NCBI GenBank assembly: GCA_964515675.1
Contig: CAZEVV010000001.1
Span: forward strand, 1-56,284
DNA length: 56,284 bases
Direction of reading: 5' to 3'
Origin: an uncultured Paludibacter sp.
Lineage (GTDB): Bacteria > Bacteroidota > Bacteroidia > Bacteroidales > Paludibacteraceae
In this document: one piece after another, positions 49,487 through 56,284 of the stretch
How positions within the stretch are numbered: position 1 is the first letter of the stretch
How the letters are laid out: each line of letters starts with the position of its first letter
Translations under genes and position numbers: made by a program
Notes under the pieces: generated by a model
Told to the model about the DNA's origin: nothing
Database searches by the model: none
Seen by the model: the letters and a program-made list of their open reading frames with translations, nothing else

Positions 49487-51556
49487 ATGAAAACATTCAA
49501 TAAAATATACCTAATAATTGCATTATGCGTAATGTGTTTCGGCATTAACACACAAGCACAAACGGTAAATGTGGTTTCGGGCAAACATACAGCAACGAAA
49601 AACCACAACTTGCTTCGCACATTTGCTGCTTCGAAAGGCGATGTGATTGACATAAAAGTAAAATCGTTGCACAAAAAGCGCGGTCTCGACATAATTGTCG
49701 TACAACATCCAGGCAACTCGGTTGTGATGGAATTTCAGGGAACAGTTGATATTTCAAGAAAAATTGTAGCTCCGACGGATGTCGTTTATCAAGTTTTTTA
49801 TGGCGGAGAACGTGTTGATTTTGAAATAAATATAAGCAACAACACCAGCAAACCCAATGGACCAGGCCGTGGCGAAATTGTTTATGTGCGCATACCCGAT
49901 ACATTGCATGTAAGTGGATATATCGACCGCCCCATTGGCGAGAACTATAAATTAGCCCCTTATAAAGAAAAAATCATTCTTAATCAGATTATTAAAACCG
50001 AACCAATCGCAAATCGCGACTTTATGACAGGTGTTGATTTAATGAATTTGTATATTGAAGGTGATGTGAAAGATGAATTTCGTGAGCAAAAACTCCTTTC
50101 GGTAAATGTAAGTTTGGTTGCCGATGCACCCACAAGTTACCACGCCATTTCGGGCGTTGTAAAAGCAGGGATGGATGCATTTATTCCCGAAATATCGCCT
50201 TCGAAATTTTTAGGTGGCAGCAAAGGCAAGGCCAACCCGAACAATATGTACGAAATGGTGAAAAGCGCTAAAGAAGAAAGAGAGAAATGGGAAAAAGTGG
50301 TCGAAACCATTAAGTTGGCACAAGAGTTAGGCGATTCGTTACGCCCTGGCACCAATAGCACAGCCGACAAGATATTGGAAACAACAGGCTTTTTGCTAGA
50401 TACCGATGGAATGAAAAAAATTGCCGTTAACAAAACGCTAAATGCAATTGGTGCTCCCCAAGGAGTTGTTGCATTGGCCGACAAAATTATGAATATTCCG
50501 AGTGCAACCGACTTTTTGAAAGATGGCTTTGATAAATATGCAAGTAGAATTAAAGGAAAAGCAAATTTGCAAATTTACGAGCCACGCAAATTTAACGAAG
50601 ACTTATTCACGATGCCCGACCCTGCCAAAGAGTTTTATATTCAGTCGGCCATGAATTATGGTAAAAACAACGGTGGATATTGGGATATGCCCGGCAAACC
50701 AACAGCAGGAAAAGCTGGCCTCGATTTAAGATGTTGGGATTTAGATGAAGGTATGGACCGAAAATTCAAATTTGTAGCATCAACAAGATTCCCAGGATAT
50801 TACGAAATTCACTCACTATTCTCAGGTTTTGTAATTGAAAATGATGGTGGAAATGCCGATATGAAAAAGAATGGTAACACTATAGCATTAGGACGACGTG
50901 CGGGCGACGAAAGTCAGGTTTTCCGTTTCAAACACCTTGGCAACGGCCGTGTGCGCATTTACAATTATTCGGAAAATGTGATTCATTTGATGGGACGAAA
51001 AAATGCCAATGGCACCGACATAGCCGTTTGGGGCGACCACGATGGCGATTGGATGGATTGGTATTTGATTGATGCAAGTAATAACACAGCATTTGTACCA
51101 CAACGCGCAAATAAAACGGTAGAAGTGTGGCGCGATGTTGCAATTTTTAATCAATCGAATGGTGCAATTAATCACACCATCGAAATTGCAAAAGAAACGG
51201 AGCCATTACGTGCCAATTTCCCATACAAAGAACTCAAATTTGTTGTGCGACAAGAAGGTGGATTTGCTGCCGAGGCAAAACTTTTGGTCGAAGCGAAGTA
51301 TTTAATTACTGATTATACCGAAATTATTCGATATCGCCGCGAAACGCAAACAGTGAATACCAAAGATTTTTGGACCGCTTATAAAGTAAATTACGATTAC
51401 GCCATTATGCTTAAAGATCAGGCAAAAGATTATTACGAAATAATTACCGAAGGCGAATACAACAATCCGCAACGCATTACAAGCGAAAGGGTTAATGCAA
51501 ACAATGAAGAACAGAAAAACCGTTTGGCTAAATTCAATGCATTGTCAGCCAAATAG
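49487..51556 (+). CDS. Exported hypothetical protein with a ricin-B-type (beta-trefoil) lectin-like domain
   Basis: 689 aa; signal peptide ending in TQA-Q; three-fold repeat at about 50640-51075 (YWDMPG..LRCWD..DRKFKF / GYYEI..SQVFRF / NGTDIAVW..WMDW). Confidence 0.75.
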   Translation: MKTFNKIYLIIALCVMCFGINTQAQTVNVVSGKHTATKNHNLLRTFAASKGDVIDIKVKSLHKKRGLDIIVVQHPGNSVVMEFQGTVDISRKIVAPTDVVYQVFYGGERVDFEINISNNTSKPNGPGRGEIVYVRIPDTLHVSGYIDRPIGENYKLAPYKEKIILNQIIKTEPIANRDFMTGVDLMNLYIEGDVKDEFREQKLLSVNVSLVADAPTSYHAISGVVKAGMDAFIPEISPSKFLGGSKGKANPNNMYEMVKSAKEEREKWEKVVETIKLAQELGDSLRPGTNSTADKILETTGFLLDTDGMKKIAVNKTLNAIGAPQGVVALADKIMNIPSATDFLKDGFDKYASRIKGKANLQIYEPRKFNEDLFTMPDPAKEFYIQSAMNYGKNNGGYWDMPGKPTAGKAGLDLRCWDLDEGMDRKFKFVASTRFPGYYEIHSLFSGFVIENDGGNADMKKNGNTIALGRRAGDESQVFRFKHLGNGRVRIYNYSENVIHLMGRKNANGTDIAVWGDHDGDWMDWYLIDASNNTAFVPQRANKTVEVWRDVAIFNQSNGAINHTIEIAKETEPLRANFPYKELKFVVRQEGGFAAEAKLLVEAKYLITDYTEIIRYRRETQTVNTKDFWTAYKVNYDYAIMLKDQAKDYYEIITEGEYNNPQRITSERVNANNEEQKNRLAKFNALSAK

Positions 51557-51650
51557 ACAACAACTTTCATTTACGCACTAATAAATTATCAGGAATTTTT
51601 GTTTTTTTTTGATTTTTTAATCGAAAATGCATAATTCCTGATTTTTTTAT

Positions 51651-51658
51651 TATTTTTG
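51651..51658 (+). promoter_or_regulatory. -7 promoter element
   Basis: TATTTTTG upstream of the 51744 ORF. Confidence 0.5.
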
Positions 51659-51743
51659 CAAAATGCATTTTCATTCTCATTTTAAACAAATAAAAAAGAG
51701 CATATACAAAAACAAATAATCATTTTAAAACAATTTATGTCGT

Positions 51744-52208
51744 ATGGAAAACAACAATTTTGAAGAACCGAAAAACGAAATGAATCTTAGTATTAACGAA
51801 GACATTAAACTTTACCTTAAAGAAATTGCCAAGTGGTCGAAATTCTTAGCTATTATTGGCTATATTGGTGTAGGATTTATGGTACTATTAGCACTTTTTA
51901 TGCTCTTTGGCATGTCAGCTTTAGCAGGTATGCTCGAAGCTTTACCTATGAGTTTGATGGGTATATTTTATCTTTTATTTGCCTTGCTTTATTATTTTCC
52001 AGTAAATTATCTCAACAATTTTGCTAACAAAACAAAGCGTGCATTGCTTAATTCCGACCAGGATGAAATTACATTGGGTTTTAAAAACCTTAAGTCGATG
52101 TTTAAGTTTATGGGTATTGTTACTATTATTATACTTAGCTTATATGCTTTATTTATAGTAGTATTGATTCCCGCTGCGCTAATTTCGGGATTGAGCGGCA
52201 TATTTTGA
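51744..52208 (+). CDS. DUF5362-like membrane protein
   Basis: YLKEIAKWSKFLAIIGYI, YYFP..L, LKSMFKFMGI; three TM helices. Confidence 0.78.
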   Translation: MENNNFEEPKNEMNLSINEDIKLYLKEIAKWSKFLAIIGYIGVGFMVLLALFMLFGMSALAGMLEALPMSLMGIFYLLFALLYYFPVNYLNNFANKTKRALLNSDQDEITLGFKNLKSMFKFMGIVTIIILSLYALFIVVLIPAALISGLSGIF

Positions 52209-52227
52209 GTATAAACTTCTTCGAATT

Positions 52228-52272
52228 AAAAATCGCGATATTGACATTGGTTCGATATTGCGATTTTTTTTT
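52228..52272 (+). terminator. Rho-independent terminator
   Basis: AAAAATCGCGATAT...ATATTGCGATTTTTTTT. Confidence 0.7.
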
Positions 52273-52389
52273 ACATTACTACAATCAATTGCCGAAACAA
52301 ATATCCAATCGAAAATTTAGTTGAATAAACTTTTTTATCGATAAACATAAAACAGTGTAAAAGCAACAAGCATCTATCTAAGTTTTTTG

Positions 52390-52397
52390 TATCTTTG
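52390..52397 (+). promoter_or_regulatory. -7 promoter element for the djlA-like gene
   Basis: TATCTTTG 30 nt upstream of the ATG. Confidence 0.6.
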
Positions 52398-52427
52398 CGT
52401 CATTAAACAAACTATAATTAAAAGTTC

Positions 52428-53162
52428 ATGGCAGGATTTGGAAAGTGGATAGCAGGAGGCTTAGGATGGGCATTTGGTGGTCCGATAGGTGCTTTGGTGG
52501 GCTTTACATTGGGCTCATTGTTCGAAAAAACCAATATTACGGTACAGCAAAACACTGGCGGACAAAGAAATACCGCCGAAGCCGATTTTAAAATGAGTTT
52601 ATTGGTAATGATTGCCTGCGTGTTGAAAGCTGATGGCAAGGTACAAAAAAACGAATTAACGGTTGTAAAAAGATTTTTACTCAACAATTTCGGCGAAGAA
52701 GGTGCACTCGAAGCCTTGCAAATTTTAAAAAAATTGCTCGACCAACCCATCAACGAGACAGAAGTAGCCATGCAAATAAGCCGATATATGAATTATTCGG
52801 CCAAACTACAGCTTTTGCACTTACTTTTTGATATAGCTTATGCCGATGGTGAAGTGAACACAGCTGAATTGCAGGTTATAATGCGTACAGCAAATATTTT
52901 TGGCATTTCGCAAGCCGATTTCGAAGCACTTAAAGCGCCTTACATTAAAAACGAAGACCCCGATTGGGCTTACAAAGCACTCGAAGTTTCGACAACTGCT
53001 ACCGACGATGACATAAAAAAAGCATATCGTAAAATGGCCATGAAATTTCACCCTGACAAAGTAAATAGTTTGGGCGAAGAAATGAAAAAATCGGCCACCG
53101 AAAAATTTCGTACTGTAAACGAAGCTTATGAATACCTGAAAAAGAAAAGGGGGATGAAGTAG
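52428..53162 (+). CDS. djlA: DjlA-like co-chaperone (TM helix, TerB domain, J domain)
   Basis: [39 protein letters not shown]. Confidence 0.9.
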   Translation: MAGFGKWIAGGLGWAFGGPIGALVGFTLGSLFEKTNITVQQNTGGQRNTAEADFKMSLLVMIACVLKADGKVQKNELTVVKRFLLNNFGEEGALEALQILKKLLDQPINETEVAMQISRYMNYSAKLQLLHLLFDIAYADGEVNTAELQVIMRTANIFGISQADFEALKAPYIKNEDPDWAYKALEVSTTATDDDIKKAYRKMAMKFHPDKVNSLGEEMKKSATEKFRTVNEAYEYLKKKRGMK

Positions 53163-53178
53163 AGTTTCGAGCCTGCCT

Positions 53179-53282
53179 CCTCCCTCATTCTTCATGAGGT
53201 AAACCTAAGGTACAGAGGGAGGTTTCAGTTTTAAAATCAAATAAAAACTGCTACTAAATTCCCCACAAAGGGGGTTAGGGGC
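53179..53282. repeat. REP-like GC-rich palindromes
   Basis: CCTCCCTC...GAGGGAGG (53179-53222) and TTCCCCACAAAGGGGGTTAGGGGC (53259-53282), related to the 7287/7488 elements. Confidence 0.55.
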
Positions 53283-53298
53283 TACTAATTTAATTTAT

Positions 53299-53598
53299 AT
53301 GGAAAACTTAGTTACAATAAAAATTTTCACAAATTTACAGGAATTGCATTTAGCAAAAAACTATCTCGAATCGGAAGGTATAATAAGTTTCGAATTCAAT
53401 GAGTTGCATGCGCAAGTTATGCCCCACTTCAACAATGCAAGCGGTGGTGCACAGCTCAAAGTGAACGAAAACGATGTTGAAGCTGCCATCGAATTATTAA
53501 TAAAAGGCGGTTATGCTACTTACGAAGATTATGAGGCCTCGCCCGAGATAAAGAGCATTGAACGTATTATTGCTAAAATAAAATCATTATTTAAATAA
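53299..53598 (+). CDS. DUF2007-like protein
   Basis: HLAKNYLESEGI, GGAQLKV..D..AA pattern. Confidence 0.75.
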   Translation: MENLVTIKIFTNLQELHLAKNYLESEGIISFEFNELHAQVMPHFNNASGGAQLKVNENDVEAAIELLIKGGYATYEDYEASPEIKSIERIIAKIKSLFK

Positions 53599-53608
53599 TA
53601 TTTGTCGC

Positions 53609-55111
53609 ATGTCGCAAAGCAAACAAATGAAAGGGCTCGTTAAAGATACTGCCATATATGGTGTGAGTAGTATTTTGGGGCGTTTTCTTAACTGGCTACT
53701 TGTTCCGCTATACACCTACATACTTACCGACTCGGCCGAGTATGGCATTGTTACCAACCTTTATGCGTGGACGGCTTTTTTACTCGTGATACTAATTTAT
53801 GGTATGGAAACGGGCTTTTTTAGGTTTGCCAACAAGGACAAAACGAAGGTTCACACAGTTTATAACACAACGCTCATTACTAATGGAATAACATCGTTGT
53901 TATTTATAATTGTATGTTTGGTTTTTGTAAACGACATTGCCAATGCATTGGGCTATGCAGCTCATCCCGAGTATATAGCAATGCTTGCTGTAATTGTGGC
54001 AATGGATGCTTTTGGCTCAATACCATTTGCCTATTTGCGTTTCAAAGCAAGGCCTATTAAGTTTGCTGCTCTTAAGTTGCTAATGGTATTTACCAATATC
54101 ATATTCAACCTGTTTTTTCTTGTGGCTTGTCCGTGGTTGGCCAAACATGCCCCCGACAGCATTGCCTGGTTTTACGACCCTAGCTATGGCGTTGGTTATG
54201 TGTTTGTAGCCAATTTCATGTCGACAGCCATCACTACTTTGGCCTTATTACCCGAAATATTGGCCGAAAAGTTCTCATTCGATTTTGCTTTGCTCAAAAA
54301 AATGTTGCGTTATTCGTTACCACTTTTGGTTTTGGGCATAGCTGGTATCATGAATCAAACGCTCGATAAAATACTTTTTCCGTATTTGTTCGACGACCCC
54401 AATTTTGCAAAGTCCGAACTAGGCGTTTATGGTGCATGTTTTAAAGTAGCAATGATAATGATGATGTTTACACAAGCATTTAGATATGCTTACGAACCTT
54501 TTATTTTTGCACAACAAAAAGATAAAAATAGCACAATGGCATATGCCGATGCTATGAAGTTTTTTATTATTTTTTCGCTACTCATTTTTTTGGGAATGGT
54601 TTTCTACATCGACATTTTCAAATTTATTATTCGATCGGATTATTGGGCAGGGCTTCGTGTAGTGCCTATAGTGTTGTTTTCGTATATTTTTCAGGGTGTG
54701 TTTTTCAATCTCTCGTTGTGGTACAAACTAACCGATAAAACCATGTATGGCGCATGGCTATCGGTTTTAGGCACTATAATTACTGTTGTAATTAATGTAA
54801 TATTTGTTCCAAAATACAGCTATATTGCTGCGGCGTGGGCTGCTTTTGCCTGTTATTCTACCATGATGGTTGTGTCGTACTTTTGGGGACAAAAACATAT
54901 GCCAATAAAATACGACTTAAAATCGATTGGTATTTATACTGGTATTGCAATGGTATTATATGTAATTAGTTTATGGATAAACTTCGAAATTTCGATCATT
55001 AACTATGCATTAAAAACGGGTTTATTAATTTCATTTTTAGCACTTATTGTAAAACGCGACATGCCATTGTCGAAAATTCCTTTTGTAAATAAAATTTTTG
55101 CTCGAAAATAA
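53609..55111 (+). CDS. MOP-superfamily polysaccharide/lipid-linked oligosaccharide flippase
   Basis: KDTAIYGVSSILGRFLNWLLVPLYT, YGMETGFFRF, QAFRYAYEPF; about 14 TM segments. Confidence 0.88.
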   Translation: MSQSKQMKGLVKDTAIYGVSSILGRFLNWLLVPLYTYILTDSAEYGIVTNLYAWTAFLLVILIYGMETGFFRFANKDKTKVHTVYNTTLITNGITSLLFIIVCLVFVNDIANALGYAAHPEYIAMLAVIVAMDAFGSIPFAYLRFKARPIKFAALKLLMVFTNIIFNLFFLVACPWLAKHAPDSIAWFYDPSYGVGYVFVANFMSTAITTLALLPEILAEKFSFDFALLKKMLRYSLPLLVLGIAGIMNQTLDKILFPYLFDDPNFAKSELGVYGACFKVAMIMMMFTQAFRYAYEPFIFAQQKDKNSTMAYADAMKFFIIFSLLIFLGMVFYIDIFKFIIRSDYWAGLRVVPIVLFSYIFQGVFFNLSLWYKLTDKTMYGAWLSVLGTIITVVINVIFVPKYSYIAAAWAAFACYSTMMVVSYFWGQKHMPIKYDLKSIGIYTGIAMVLYVISLWINFEISIINYALKTGLLISFLALIVKRDMPLSKIPFVNKIFARK

Positions 55112-55138
55112 ATAGGGCGAATTTTTAAATAATTGAAT

Positions 55139-55176
55139 AAAAAAAGCTGACAAATCGATATTTTGTCAGCTTTTTT
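55139..55176. terminator. Bidirectional terminator
   Basis: AAAAAAAGCTGACAAA...TTTGTCAGCTTTTTT. Confidence 0.85.
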
Positions 55177-55425
55177 AGTAATTGTTCGTGCGGTTTTATT
55201 TGTGCCTTCCATTTTATATGTGCGCACGTGTTGCATATCGCACTAGCAAGGCATGAAGTTAATTTTCAGCAAATTAATGCTTTGCAAAGCTTTGTATCCT
55301 ACTGACTTAGTGGCAATTTAAATAAAAAATTGTCTAACTCCTATTACATGCCCAAAAAAATGATAAGTAGGAAAAGTTAAATACACGCACTCTCTACTCC
55401 GTACGCGTTGGCGTTGAGGGGCTTA

Positions 55426-56283
55426 TTACAAATCATATTCATCGCCCACAGCAGGTGCTTCCACATTGCGGAAACCAGCATTGTTGAGATGCTCAATAAA
55501 ATCGAGTTGTGTTTGATGTTCGCCGTGAACTAAAAATATTTTTCGCAAAAGCTGTTTGTCCTGACACGAAATAAAATCAATCATTTCGTTATAGTCGGCA
55601 TGCCCCGAGAAGGCTTCGATACGTTCGATGCGCGCCTTTACAGCATGCATTTTACCAAAAATCGAGATTTCTTTCAATCCAGGCTCTTGTATGCGAGCGC
55701 CCAATGTTGAAGGCGCACAATAACCAACAATCAAAATAGTGTTTCGGTTGTTTTCGACATTGTTGGCCACATGGTGTTTCACACGTCCGGCCTCCATCAT
55801 TCCCGATGACGAAATAATAATACATGGGCTTTTGTAGTCGTTGAGCGATTTTGAGGCTTCTACATTTTTGATGTAACGCAACGAGTTAAAGCCAAACGGA
55901 TCGTCGTCGTATTTCAAAACTTTGGCCACTTCGGGACCTAAGCATTCGGCATGCATGCGAAAAATTTCGGTAGCATTAACCGACAATGGGCTATCCACAA
56001 ACACTTCGATGCGAGGAAGTTTGCCTGCATTGTAGAAATTGTTGAGCATAAACACAATTTCTTGCGTACGTCCAACCGAAAACGAAGGTATAATCAGTTT
56101 TCCGCGCCTATCCACACAAGTTTCGGTAACAATGCGCAACAAATCCTCCTCCATGCGCTCATTGGTATCGTGCAAGCGGTTGCCATAAGTCGATTCGCAA
56201 ATGAGGTAATCGCACTGCGGAAAAGCTTTGAGCCAAGCCAGTAATCTGTTTTGTTTGCGACCAATATCACCTGTAAAAGCAAT
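55426..56283 (-). CDS. MBL-fold metallohydrolase / beta-CASP ribonuclease (5' part outside the window)
   Basis: Frame stays open to the window edge: FTGDIGR, ICESTYG, IPSFSVGRTQE, SSGMMEAGR, FSGHAD, LVHGE. Confidence 0.92.
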   Translation of the reverse strand: MAFTGDIGRKQNRLLAWLKAFPQCDYLICESTYGNRLHDTNERMEEDLLRIVTETCVDRRGKLIIPSFSVGRTQEIVFMLNNFYNAGKLPRIEVFVDSPLSVNATEIFRMHAECLGPEVAKVLKYDDDPFGFNSLRYIKNVEASKSLNDYKSPCIIISSSGMMEAGRVKHHVANNVENNRNTILIVGYCAPSTLGARIQEPGLKEISIFGKMHAVKARIERIEAFSGHADYNEMIDFISCQDKQLLRKIFLVHGEHQTQLDFIEHLNNAGFRNVEAPAVGDEYDL

Positions 56284-56284
56284 G

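Noticed and set aside
51744-52208. DUF5362-like membrane protein as the immunity gene of the exported pair
   Set aside because: It has its own promoter element, is separated by an inverted repeat (about 51588-51642), and only adjacency supports the link
1479-55236. Numerous 60-140-aa ORFs overlapping the assigned genes
   Set aside because: Antisense or alternate-frame shadows of well-supported CDSs, with no independent evidence
56094-56284. Apparent frameshift or truncation of the MBL hydrolase
   Set aside because: Manual translation shows the frame is open to the window edge (IAFTGDIGR...CESTYGNRLHD); the gene simply starts outside the window

Overview
A low-GC chromosomal window from a Bacteroidales bacterium, inferred from gene families, TAnnTTTG promoters and the SRP RNA type. 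Most of it is housekeeping: hisIE, an ftsE-like ATPase, ffs next to tRNA-Thr, tex, holA, amn, an mltF-like gene, udk, a lolE-like permease, an aminotransferase, the mce-mmdADCB Na+-pumping methylmalonyl-CoA decarboxylase operon, a Pif1/HRDC helicase, pyrK/pyrD, a cyclophilin, yggS, nupG, engB, djlA, a flippase and a partial MBL/beta-CASP nuclease. I found no integrase, transposase, prophage or CRISPR array. The best candidate for an undescribed system is an orphan pair of exported proteins (48156-51556). They have similar N-terminal beta domains and hydrophobic or amphipathic hairpins, and the second carries a ricin-type lectin insert, suggesting a two-component membrane-targeting or lectin system. 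Other points of interest: (1) an XRE regulator beside a 1.7-kb AT-rich non-coding tract full of TGTAAA/TTTACA motifs, one palindrome of which recurs upstream of the exported pair; (2) a fused CarA-CarB followed by a second stand-alone CarB with different operator-like sites; (3) an SRP RNA lacking the GNRA tetraloop; (4) a FemAB/GNAT-GT4-Wzx glycan-modification cassette; (5) nested REP-like elements. All functional calls come from motif recognition by eye; no database searches were run.
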